A stretch of DNA of 64,000 nucleotides from NCBI GenBank assembly GCA_964016885.1, contig OZ024741.1, forward strand, positions 306,962,001 to 307,026,000. The letters run 5' to 3'. The position numbers and the translations under genes were made by a program. Within the stretch, counting starts at the first letter, position 1, and every line of letters starts with the position of its first letter. The notes below the pieces were generated by a model. That model was not told the origin of the DNA, did not search any database, and saw only the letters and a list, made by a program, of their open reading frames with translations. Positions 41,220 to 54,904 of the stretch are shown here, one piece after another. This stretch comes from Eledone cirrhosa (taxonomy: Eukaryota).

Positions 41220-43454
41220 TGTATGCATATATATATATATGTATGCATATATATATATATATATGCATATATTCCTGTCCAAACCCATGCTAGCGTGGAA
41301 GATGGACGTTAAACGATGATGATGATGATGATGATATATATGCATATGTATATGTATGCATATATAGATATATATATATTTATTTATGCATATATAGATA
41401 TATATATGTATGCATATATATATATATGTATGTATATATATATATATATATATGCATATATATATATATGTATGCACATAACCCATTTGCAACCACGCAG
41501 CACACTATTTTTTCATATATTTATATATTTTCATCCGCTGTGACCGGTCTGTTTCTTTCTTACTGCTTCCCCTTTCTCTGTATCTCTCACTTTCTTTTTA
41601 CCCCCTCTGCCAGTCACTTTCTCAGTTAGCCTCTTCCTCACACTTTCACTCACTCACTCTCTGCTACTCCCTTTCCATCACTTCCTCCCGTTTGACCTGT
41701 GTGAAATCCTTTTCTCGCTCTCATTTCACCCAGGTTGGATGGTCTTTATCTCTCGTCTACGATTTCACAGAACTTAAGTTCATCGATTTCAGGGACTTGA
41801 CTCCTTCTTCCTCACTTTTCGTTGCCATTACCATCTTTGTTTGTTTACATGTCTCGCTCGTTTCACCCTATTTTACGTGTCCCAACGACTTTCTTTAGCC
41901 GTTTTCGCACCAACCAGAGGTATATGATCTTTAAAGCGATGAAATACCAATGAAGGCTGGAAGATCACTGATGAAGGACTAATTTTATTCATATGTAACC
42001 CATTTGCAACCACGCAGCACGCCATTTTTTCATATATATTTCACCATTTCGGATTAATAGTGAAATATTTTTCTTTAATGAAATATATACAAGGAAGAAT
42101 AATCATCTTGAAAGGTGAATATTTGAAGTTCTAGTTGAACTTGAATTAGTTACCCACCTAGCTGTGTGTGCTTTCACACTTTACAAATTATCCCCTGTGA
42201 TTGCTTTATATCTGTAACAAAGGCATATATAGTGGGCGTATGTATGGTATAATGTGTGGACAGAAATTTCGGTTAGCAATTAGAAACGTTAAGCATATGT
42301 TTAGAGTTATAAGATGAAATTAGAAAAATAAGAAAAATAGGGTTTAAAGTTTGGGTTGTGAGATTTAGTTAAACAATTTACAGAAAGAGTCTTTTATGAA
42401 AAAGTTTAAGTGTACTATAGATAGTCTCGATAAGTTTTCAGGGTAGGATATAGAGTAAAGATTAAGCCCTTGTTTAGCAGTCAATAACCAGCGACGACTG
42501 CAGATTCCGGCCAGCCCTTCCTAACCACGTGTCAGCCGTTCCGAGTGATATCGTCTAGCAAAAGAAATGGAAATTAGTTTTTCCGAGCACTCCAGGAATG
42601 TAACTGTCTTAGGTGTTGAGTGTGTTAGCGGGAAGTCCGCCATCGCCGTCAGGCCATCGTATATACCAAACGAATACTATTAATTCACACAGGAGGGGGA
42701 TTTATTTACGTGCCAGTAGAGGGAGGCATGATACAGCTAATAGTTATGATTAAGCCTAGAATTTAAAGGTACTAACTGGCGGTCAAAACCGGCGGCGCGG
42801 CGGGCCCCAGGGCGAAGCAGCCGTTCCGAGTAATTTCGTTTACCGAAAGAGGGGGAAATTTATTTTTCCAAGCACTCAAGAAAGGCTTATCCACCCGGCA
42901 AAGCCGCCACATCTGTCGGAACACAGCGTGTTACCAAACGATTATTATATATTCACACCCGTGATGTGAGGTTGAAAGTGTTAAAACCCGATGAAATGCG
43001 CAAATAGACTATATTTAGTCTCCAGTTAGTCCGGGTTATAAGTAGTGTGGTTCTTTAGGGGGTAGGGGGAGTGAATAAAGATAAACAGATATAAGGGTAC
43101 AGAGAGTAATATTCTAGTGTTGTGTGCTAATGAGCACAATGATAAGTATATAATGAGAGTAAAGCGAGTAAATAAATAGCTAAATAAAGGAAGAATAAGC
43201 AAAATGCATAAATAAAAAGCAGAATACAAAAATAAAAATACATTAATAAAAATACATAAATAAAACGCCGTCATAATTAGGGTGGTGATGGAGTAAAACG
43301 GAAGTATATAAGAACATATCGGAGAAATCAAAACACAGGGGAAAAACAATATAGATCAAGGTGCAGTTAGATAATACAAGGTTATACATATAAATATAGA
43401 GGATGTGTGTATATGTATATATATACATATACATATATATATATATTTATATAT

Positions 43455-44160
43455 ATGAAATATAAGAATCAAAGAACTGTTCAAAACATTTTTGTGCTTA
43501 CAACTGTTTCCTCCAAACCGAGGTTTGGATTCTTCGGAGCAATTTATTAATGAATGGACAGTTATATGACCTACTTTTCACCCAAGAGACATACAGATAC
43601 ATATGCAAATATTGTGGGTCAACATTCATTACAGCATTTAGAGTGGCAGTACACACTTAGAGATTACATTCATATTAAAAGGTACAATCAAAAATCAAAA
43701 ATACAGGTTAAAATACAACATGAAAATAAGCGGTTATATAGTGCAAATGTTATATGTGTGGCAAGCACGTGCGTCTTGTTTATATAGTGTGGCAGAGAGT
43801 TACGTGTAGTAGAAGAACTTAGGTAGGTGAACAAGAGTGTTAGGTTGGTTGATCTGGTGGCAAATTCTTTATATGATTGTTATAGTCTGTATGTGGAGAA
43901 ATGATATAAGCATTAAAAATAGTGCAAGCATTAAAAATATTAAAAATATTAAAAGTATTGGAAATGCACAGCGAAGGGATGTTATGGACTTCATGTACTT
44001 CGACATTTTCATATTCAGGGGAGTGTATTTTTCAGATTATATGCCCCTCACATAAACCACGACAATTCGATATTGAGCGTTTGACAATCCAGTTAGAGAA
44101 TTGTAGTCTGATGTTCTTTAGTTCAATACAGGAGGCTGTTACGTTTCGAGAATCGACATT
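43455..44160 (-). mobile_element. Pseudo-LTR/3' UTR-like element related to 60000-60850; U4C HHR at 43495-43541
   Basis: Reverse complement: UGCU CCGAAGA A UCCAAAC CUCG GUUUGGA G GAAAC AGUU GUA AGCA. Confidence 0.75.
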
Positions 44161-44187
44161 GAATATATATGTATGCATACATGTATG

Positions 44188-47100
44188 CATATATAAAACT
44201 GAGGTTATCTGTCTGTCTATCTACTAAAACGGTCGGCACACATCTCCTCCTACACTGTACGTTCAAATTTCGGTGAAATTGCTACACTTATAGATGAAGG
44301 TCCGGTGGAGGAATCAGTCAAAAAAATTTTCAAATCGATCCACGCCATGTGCAAAAATAGAATTTGTAATGTATTGATTTTTCAGTTCAAATGTATAAAT
44401 AGAGATGAGAAACGAGTTATTTCCCTTTTATAGCGTCATTCTGTTTACCTATTTACGTTACGAATAAACGACTCGTGCAAAAGTACAAAAGTACGCAAAC
44501 AGTTTTCAGACCAGCAACATTTTAACCTGCAAAATTCATGAGTTCGAAGTTTCAACATTAAGCTTTCATTTTGCTTCATTTCCATTAAAAAGTCTTTTAT
44601 AACAATATTTTTACTTGAAAAGAAGCCTATTTGAATACACCGTAAAAGAAGCAAATATTTTGTAAAAAAAGCGATCTTGAATAAAGCCTTGTGAGATTTT
44701 CATTTAGAAGCAATGATTTTAAACGACAGACAGTCGTGCAGAGAGGTGATATAGGCGATAAAGTTGTGCAGACAGACAGTCGTGCAGAGAGGTGATATAG
44801 GCGATAAAGTTTTGCAGACAGACAGTCGTGCAGAGAGGTGATATAGGCGATGAATTTGTGCAGACAGACAGTCAAGTGCATCAAATACATATGTATACTA
44901 AACGAAAACAATAGAGACGAAGTAACGCAACTCTAAATAGGGCGCTACATAAGAAGTAGCGAGGCCTTTTGGCGAATCTTCGGTGTTCCAATACATGATA
45001 GGCACCCTTCAATTGTAAAATTAGATGTACACCTAGAACACGGTCAACGGATGTACTATACCAACAAAAATGCCGCTGAATTGGCACAGAACCCAAGGGA
45101 GACAACTTTAACTGGATTTTTCAAACTGTGCGAATACGATGACTTCGCAAAATCATTGCTGTATCCTCAGGCGCCATCATACTACACATGGAATAATAAA
45201 ACATGGAGTCGCAGAAAGACTGGCCAACCAGTTCCCGGGATCAAATTCATTAATTGCTTGGGGCGAGTGTATACAATTCCTCCAAATCAACACGAGTGCT
45301 TCTATCTTCGAATGCTACTGCATTAAGTCAAAACCGACCAGTTTTCAGGACCTCAGAACTTACGGTAATCATGTTTTGTCTACATACAGAGATGCCTATT
45401 TGGCTTGTGGAATGCTTCAAGATGACTCACGCAACCTTGGCGGAGATCGTTTCATCACACACAGCTGGAAGCCTACGAGAGCTCTTTGCAAAGCTTCTTC
45501 AGTTATGTAACATTTGTGATCCCTACATGTTATGGTTGAAGTTTCGGAACCAACTGTCTGAGGACTTCCTGCACCAGGCTCAAATACTACTTCCTGACAT
45601 AGAAGTAGATTTCAGTGATGATTTATACAATAAAGGGCTTATAGAAATAGAGGACAGGATTTTCCTTATGGGTGGGTATGCTTTGCCAGCATACGGTCTG
45701 CCACAAACCCACCGCACTGATTCTAATAAAATTCCAACTCTCATCATCCAAGAAACATCTTATGATGTTGACACTCTAGCTAGATATGTGTTTGAAATGG
45801 AACCAAAAACTACTTCCCGGTCAGCAATGTTCATACAACACTATCACCGACTATGTATTTCATCGATTGGGTGGTATCTTCTTTCTTGATGCCCCTGGAG
45901 GCACTGGAAAAACCTTTGTTACTAAACTTCTTCTTGCCAAAGTTAGACAGAATGAATTTATCGCAATATCTGTTGCATCATCCGGTATTGCAGCAACACT
46001 ACTTCCTGGCGGCAGGACAGCACACTCTACCTTTAAGCTTCCGCTTAACTTGGTATCAACACCGCTCTGTGACATCACCAAGGATAGTCCAAGAGCAGAA
46101 CTGCTACAACGGTGCAAACTGATTGTGTGGGATGAATGCACCATGGCCCACAAAGGAACTATTGAGGCCTTAGATAGAACACTGAAAGACATTAGAGACT
46201 GTCAGAAGACCATGGGGAGCGTAACTCTTTTGCTTTCAGGGGACTTTCGACAAACTTTGCCGGTTATTCCAAAGGGCACCAGAGTGTAACAAGTTCGGGC
46301 CTGCCTGAAGTCTTCTCCTTTGTAGCAACAGGTAACAACACTTTGTCTGACTACGGACATGTGTGTTCAACTGCATGGCGATACTGTGTCTGAAAAATTT
46401 GCTGAAGACCTTCTCATTCTTGGCAACGGCAAAGTACCGTCAGATGTGCATGGAGACATTGCACTCGACAATACATAATGTCTGGTTAACACTGTCAAAG
46501 ATCTCAAGGCAGCCGTTTTTCCCAACTTGGCAGATAATTACCGCAATCATACATGGCTGTGTGAGAGGGCTATATTAGCTCCTACAAATGTCACTGTCTC
46601 CGCCATTAATCACCAAATGCTTGAAAGTCTTCCTGGAAATGATAAGACTTTTAAGTCTATTGATACCAATGTTGATCCACATATGTTGATCCACATGATA
46701 CGGTCAATTATCCTATTGAATTCCTCAATTCATTGGATATTCACGGTCTACCTCAACATATTTTGTCTCTCAAGGAAGAATGTCCAGTTATACTTCTCAG
46801 AAATATAACCCCTCCCAAGCTTTGCAATGGTACACGCCTTGTTGTCAATAGGATGTCACAGCACATTATTTATGCTACGAATATGTCGGGGTGTGGAAAA
46901 GGAGAAGATGTTTTAATACCTACGGTAACTCTTACTACATCAGAAGTGGATGCACCCTATTCTTTTAAAAGAACCCAATTTCCCCTTCATGCTGCCTTTG
47001 CTATGTCCATCAACAAGTCCCAGGGTCATACTTTATCTGTGGCAGGACTTCACCTGGAGGGCCATGTTTTTCACATGGACAATTCTACGTTGGATGTTCT

Positions 47101-48122
47101 CGAGTTGGCAGCCGGAACAACCTCTTTGCTTTTGCTCCAAACGGAAAAACAAAGAACATTGTATACCGTGAGGTTTTATAGGTTTTTTTGTCTTAAATAT
47201 ATAGCGTCTACGAAACCTATATTCAACATCGATGCAGTGCATTCTATTGACACCTAGGCCTCTAGGGACCAGCATTGCTCGCAAATCAAAGCGGACTCTG
47301 AAATCGATGCTTTCCATTGTTAAGGACGCCCCTCCATGTCGCTGACAAGTCCGGCGTTTAATACATAGACACACACAACTTGGCGTATACATACAAAGAT
47401 TGTTCCCGACATTTCTTTCATTGTTTCAATATGCATTCTGACCTAGACAACACGCAACAACAGCATTTCTGGTGCGTCGAAGTAAACTTTTGTCATCATA
47501 CTCAATTGCATGTAAAGATGCAATGGAAGCAGCATTTCTGTTTTGTTGATTTCAGCGATTCTTTTTGGTGAATATGGCTTTTGTTGCAGCTGTCGATTTC
47601 ACATGCTGTGGCTGGCTATAATCTGCCCGTCAAACTCACCATGGGTATGTTATGAGCTCTTCATAGTTTATACTTAAACATCTATGCTATTACATTGTCA
47701 ATATTTTTTGTCACAGGTGCGGACCTCTTCGATGCAGCCTGCCCCCTCGACTTCGGATAGCGCATTTTTCTTTTTGTTGTTCATGTCCATTCAATTTCTT
47801 TGTTTCAAAATAACTGATAGTTTGGTTACGCTGATGTTTTTCTCTGAGACAAGTGTTGCAATGTTTACATTTTCGATTTTTGTTAATAGATTACCAGTGC
47901 AGTTCTTATCCCCAGCATCCTCTTTTGTTTTAACATTCGGGTTTTGGTTATGTTTTCTTAACTTCATAAGGCATACTGTTGGTTGAGGGAATATTAATCA
48001 AAAGTACCACATGAAAGTCTAGACTGCAGACTCCACAGATTTTAAGACAAGAAAGGAACTTAACATTGTAACTTTAACACAGTTACTGAGCAGTCTCGAG
48101 CAACGCCAGGCTTTACTGTTAG
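44188..48122 (+). mobile_element. Degenerate Helitron with Rep/PIF1 helicase remnants (~45000-47180)
   Basis: DAPGGTGKT, SSGIAATLL.GGRTAHS, IVWDEC, GDFRQTLPV, LCNGTRL and AMSINKSQG. 3' end CGAGCAACGCCAGG..TTAG|T. Confidence 0.92.
44725..44873. repeat. 46-bp minisatellite (~3.2 copies) inside the Helitron
   Basis: Unit GACAGACAGTCGTGCAGAGAGGTGATATAGGCGATAAAGTTGTGCA. Confidence 0.95.
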
Positions 48123-48134
48123 TATATATATATA

Positions 48135-48214
<80 letters not shown>

Positions 48215-48354
48215 TATATATATATATATATATATAGGAACCAGTAAGACCCCGACAGCTGAGCTCAAGCCGTTTAGCCACCATCTCCCCTACTAATTTG
48301 CAACCACAGAATTACTACTGATTTTTGACAATCACTTTGACCATATATGGAATT

Positions 48355-48443
48355 ACCCCTTGAGAAGATCGGCTATTTAAATACCAGGATAAATTTTCAT
48401 TTAGTCCAGAATTAGCCGTCGAAACGGCTTGAGCTGTCGGGGT
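48355..48443 (+). ncRNA. Hammerhead with U3:A8 core (UUGAGAA), in family 6 pseudo-LTR (48235-48536)
   Basis: ACCCC TTGAGAA GATCGGCTA..TAGCCGTC GAAA CGGCT TG AGCTG TC GGGGT. Confidence 0.65.
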
Positions 48444-48534
48444 CTTACTGGTTCCTATTACCCACTCTACTACCTCAAGTATTGAGTACTTTGGTGCGTT
48501 ATGGTCCACCTGGTTCCTTACCACATTTCCTTCG

Positions 48535-48630
<96 letters not shown>

Positions 48631-48827
48631 ATATATATACACCCCCTCTCTTATTTGAAGAACTATTGTAACGCGAACTGGCGCGAAATTTATTATAATT
48701 ATTGACAAACCAATCAAATTACTTCTCGAAAAACCTGGCATTTCGAGCCACTTTTTCCATATAAAACAAGTAACATTCAGAGACCAACCAGATGTGAGAA
48801 AAACCTCAGACCCTCCATCTCAACTCA

Positions 48828-48865
48828 CCTTTTGAAAAGCAGAAGAACTGCGAAACCGGTAAAGG
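48828..48865 (+). ncRNA. Minimal hammerhead with U3:A8 core (UUGAAAA), in an unclassified element at 48640-49003
   Basis: CCTT TTGAAAA GCAG AAGAA CTGC GAAA CCGG TA AAGG. Confidence 0.75.
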
Positions 48866-49028
48866 AACCAAATAAATATATACATTTTTAAAAAAATAAG
48901 ACTTCAGTTGCATTTTCGATTTCATCTCTTTTTCTTTATACTTTCACTCGTGTAGGACACCTCGGTTATTTTTCATTTTGTAAAAAAAAAACCTCACTTT
49001 CTAATATATATATATATATATATATAAG

Positions 49029-50132
<1,104 letters not shown>

Positions 50133-50217
50133 TACATACGTATATATATATATATATATAACAAGTAAGTATGTTTTGAAACGGTGAGCAGGTTTGAAAA
50201 TAAAAAATAGAATAGCT

Positions 50218-50396
50218 TTCACCGTATTTTTGACTAAAAGAATTTTAGCCTGATAATGGGGTTTAGAACCCTCAGATAAATGGAAAAAGATGAGTATTGA
50301 CGTACATGTACGTCAATACTCATCTTTTTCCATTTATCTGAGGGTTCTAAACCCCATTATCAAGCTAACATTCCTTTAGTAAAAAATAAGGTGAAA
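50218..50396. repeat. Palindrome (~90-bp arms) made from the body of the 21820 SINE-like element
   Basis: Centred on GTACATGTAC near 50307. Confidence 0.9.
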
Positions 50397-51065
50397 TATA
50401 TATATAAGTATGTATACGTACATACATATATGTATACAGACGTACAGTAGTATGTATATATATATACATACATGCACACATATATATATGTACGTATGGA
50501 TTCACCGAACACTTTTTATAATGCTCGGTGTGTTTGTAAACAAACATCCGGAATTAAGCCGTACAGTGTCTAGCAACCATCGTTGCTCATTTGTTCAACA
50601 CTGACAGAGGAACGCTGTACTAGTTTCAAGCTTATTAGCTATCGTCAGCAACATATACCTTCCTGCCAGATGATTGGACGTCTGAAAGTATATACTTTCC
50701 TTATGCATATTAACGGCTGAGCAGCCTAATTTGCATATCGAGTGAGTTAATCGGCCGGGCGCACCGAAAATGATAAACGGAAAAAATGAAATGAAATTTC
50801 ATTTCTCACTCTTAGTACGGCTGTTACTTAAATATAAGTATGTATACGTACATACATATATGTATACAGACGTACAGTAGTATGTATATATATATATACA
50901 TACATGCACACATATATATATATGTATGTATGGATTCACCGAACATTTACTATAATGCTCGGTGTGTTTATAAACAAACATCCCGAATTAAACCCGGCCG
51001 ATTAACTCACTCGATATGCAAATTAGGCTACTCAGCCGTTAATATGTATAAGGAAAGTATATACT
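50397..51065. repeat. Family 4, ~1.4 units plus an inverted tail; HHR at 50613-50653 (-)
   Basis: Reverse complement: UGUUG CUGACGA UAGCU AAUA AGCUU GAAA CUAG UA CAGCG. Confidence 0.88.
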
Positions 51066-54000
51066 GACAAACATTTGCCAAGTTATGCCGAGGATCCAAC
51101 GTAAGCAGTACTGGTGGAACCTCTCAAGTCGCTTCATCTGTCTACGGTAGACCACCCACGTCTCACAAGCATAAAGAAGTGCCGCGAGCACACATGCATG
51201 ATACACTTTGAGCTTTGTCTTTACCGAAATTCCGTGTTGAGACCAGAGACGCTTGTTCAGTTTTCCAAAGACATCACTGGCTTTCTGTATCTTGTTTGAT
51301 ATTTCCCTCAGGACATACTCAGAGTGCTTCCAAGCTATACAAAACTGCCAACGACCCTGAGCCTTTCACCATAAACCAAGATGTTGGGCTCACAACATGG
51401 CTTCCCAGGGGCTGGTTAGTACATGGCTACTGTCTTTTTCAGGCTTATGGTAAGTCCCAATGCAGTACACGCATTAGAAAATGCATCCATCAGATGCTGC
51501 ATATCAATCTCCGTGTGCGCTACCAGGTCACAGTCATCTGCATAAAGCAAATCCCTGATTAGTGACAAGTGAACCTTTGACTTAGCATTGAACCTGCTGA
51601 TATTAAACAGCTTTCCAGTTGATCGATAGCGAACATATATACCATGATTGCAGTTCCCGAAGGCCTGTTCGAAGACAATGGAGAAGCACAAAGCAAAGAG
51701 TGTTGGAGCTGGAATGTCACCCTGTTTGACTCTATTCTCGACCGTCACCGGCTCAGAGAGCTTTCCACCAACATTTACCCATGCCTTCATGTCATCATGG
51801 AACAAACGCAAAATGGAAACAAATTTCTCAGGGCACCCGTTTCCACAAGATATCCCATAAAGCCTTTCTGTTGACCGTGTCAAATGCCTTTGTCAGATCA
51901 ACAAACACCTGGTAGAGATCCACATTCTTTTCAACACACTTTTCCTGCAGTTGTCTGGCTGTAAAGATCATGTCCACAGTGCCATGCCCAGCCCGAAAGC
52001 CCGATTGCGACTCTGGTAGAGCTTCATCAGCAATGTGGAGCAATAGACGGTCAAGAGAATTCTACAGAGAACTTTGCCGACAACAGACAACAGTGATATC
52101 CCACGATAGTTTCCGCAGTTATCCCTGTCTCCCTTTCCCTTGTACAAAACAACAATCACAGCATCCTTCCAGTCATCGGGAACATGATTGTTGTTCCAGG
52201 CATCCAGAACCAAAGAATGAAGTCAGTGCAAGAGATTCTCTCCACCGTGTTTCAAGATCTCTGCATACAGCCCATCCAATCCAGGCGATTTCCCACCATT
52301 GAGTTTCCAGACAGCACTTTTGACCTCCTCGATCGTTGGAGGCTCAGCAAGGATTTCCTTTACTGGCTTATCAGGTATATACCTGATAAACTCTTCAACC
52401 TCTGAATCCCTATTGAGAAGCTCGCTAAAGTGTTCCCGCCATCTCAACAGGATATCATTGGGATCTCTAAGGAGCTGATTGCCATCATTTGTCCTAAGAG
52501 GTGCAACTGGTGATATAGGTGGTCCATACACTTCACGAAGAAGATTATACATTGCCTTAGCGTCCTTCACATCCGACGCAAGTTGTATTTCATCGGCTTT
52601 GTCATTCCACCACTTATTCTTCATTTCACGCAATTTTCGTTGCACATCAGCTTTTACGAGCTTCAGCTTATCAGCGATTGCCTTCTGCCGATCGATGCTT
52701 AAATCACTAACAAGCAATGAGGAGTGGAGCATATGTTTCTCCTCCAAAAGCTTGTTATTTTGGTCAAACCAATCCTGATGCTTCTTAACTGTGAATCCAA
52801 CAACATCAGCACATGCCTCATAAAGTGCCTCCTTAAAGGAAGTCCAGTCATTTCCGCACTCTAACGCATCCATCTTTTTAACCAGATTTTCTCTGACTTC
52901 AGGATCCTTCAGACGGGCAACGTTCAGCCGTTTCGGAAGTGATACCCCTCGCCGTTTCTCCCTTTTACGAACTATACATCTTGCTCTTGCTCTCACCAGG
53001 CGATGGTCGGTCCAACACTCTGCCCCACGCATCAGACGAACACTACACAGACCCTGTACATCCCGCCACCTCACAAGGACATAATCAATCAGGTGCCAGT
53101 GTTTCGATCCAGGATGCATCCATGTTGTCTTGTGTTTGTCCTTCTGTTGGAACATAGTGCTGCCAATGAACAAGTCCAGCTCAGTGCACATTTGCAATAA
53201 CAAGAGTCCATTGCCATTGCACTTTCCGACCCCATGCTTGCCCAGAGCTCTCCAGGTCTCACAATCACGGCCCACGCGAGCATTAAAATCTCCAAGAATT
53301 AAAGTTTTGTCTGCTGCAGGCACTTTCCAGACAAGAGACCTTAATTCGTTATAAAAAGCCTGCTTTGCTTCATCAATACATTCCATAGTTGGTGCATAAG
53401 CACCAATCACGGTTGCATATCTTCCATCCTCCAGTGGAACTCTCACAGTGATCAGTCTGTCACTAACGCCTGTCGGCTGCTCCTGAAGATGGTCTGTTAT
53501 AATTGTTTTTATGGCAAAAGCGACACCAGCTTCCCGCCTCCCCTCCTTCCTTCCCCTCCAGAAAAACGTATATCCACCGGATTTCTCTGTGATATGGCCC
53601 TCACCATGACATCGAGTTTCCGAGAGGGCCACAACATCCATATCATAACGTCTGAGCTCCTTGGCAACCAATACCGATCTTCTTTCAGGTCGCTGTACAT
53701 TTGTTTCAACATCAAGCAAAGTACGCACATTCCAGCACCCAAAATTGAGTGTTTGGCACACAGTAGACCTATGACGACCGGGCCCAGACTGCGGTGCCCT
53801 GGGACAGCTGCCGGGCCAGATCCTTTAACATGATGCTGATCCAGAGCCTTTATTGCCATTTAATTCAATTGTGTTAGGTACATTCATTGTAATGTAGTTT
53901 GCCTTTTTAGGCTACGGCCAGCCAGAGTTGCACATCAAGATGACAAGTGCAGAGAGATCTTCAGATATAAAACAATACCTATGCCGTGAAGCTTTTATAA

Positions 54001-54352
54001 TGAGCAAAGGCACTGCACAAAGCCAGTCCCACTCTCTTAACCAAGATGATATTTACCAAAAAGAAGAACAAGTCAACATCATTGGATACCATCAGAGTTG
54101 CAGGTGTTATATCAGAGTTTTCCTTCTCATAGAATTCTGCCTTGACAAAGGCTAAGGGGTCATCTCTCCCGGTGATTTTGGATGACCATTGAATCTTAAG
54201 ACGTGTTTTGTTTTTAGTCCTGCAAGATGTCCAAAGTCACCCTCCTCACCAAGAAACGTTGGTGGGGTTGCCAGTTATGTCAGGTCACCAGTTGGTGCTA
54301 CTTGTAACATGTATCCTAGTACAACTTGTGCCATGGTCGGGTCGTTGGCGAA
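51066..54352 (-). mobile_element. RTE/BovB-like LINE: 5' UTR, AP endonuclease and RT; frameshifted and 3'-truncated
   Basis: [46 protein letters not shown] and LYADD. Confidence 0.93.
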
Positions 54353-54728
54353 TATACATACATATACATATATATACATACATATATATATGTATACATA
54401 TATATATATATACATATACACATACATATCTATGTATACATTCATAAATATATATATATATATATACATACATATATATATATACGTATACACATATACA
54501 TATATATAAGTATACATACATATGTATATATACATATACATATATATATGTATACATACATATATATATATATACATGTACATATATATATATGTATACA
54601 TACATCTATATATGCTTACATACATATACATATGTATACATACATACATATGTATACATACATATACATATGTATACATACATATACATATGTATACATA
54701 CATGTATATATATATATGAAATAATAAT

Positions 54729-54904
54729 TGTTTCTACTTTAGGCACAAGGCCAGCAATTATCCAGTGGATTACTGGTACTTTATTTTATCGACCCCGTAA
54801 GGATGAAAGGCAAAGTCAACCTCGGCGGGATTTGAACTCAGATCATAAAGGGACGTAACTATGCTGGAAAGCATGGCGTCCGACCCTCTACCGATACTGC
54901 CAAT
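54729..54904 (-). mobile_element. tRNA-derived SINE (Meta-like core)
   Basis: Homologous to 12921-13100. Confidence 0.88.

Noticed and set aside
41950-41995. CTGATGA HHR core
   Set aside because: No downstream stem II, GAAA and helix III could be paired. It is probably truncated.
42955-43010. GAAATGCGCA resembling family 1 helix III
   Set aside because: It lacks U16.1, a valid upstream core and stem I.
45786-46289. Host PIF1 helicase gene
   Set aside because: It is intronless, contains stops and frameshifts, and is bounded by Helitron termini.
54230-54352. HDV-like ribozyme at the RTE 5' end
   Set aside because: Such ribozymes are known for some RTEs, but the nested pseudoknot could not be built by eye. 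An Infernal or RNArobo search is needed.
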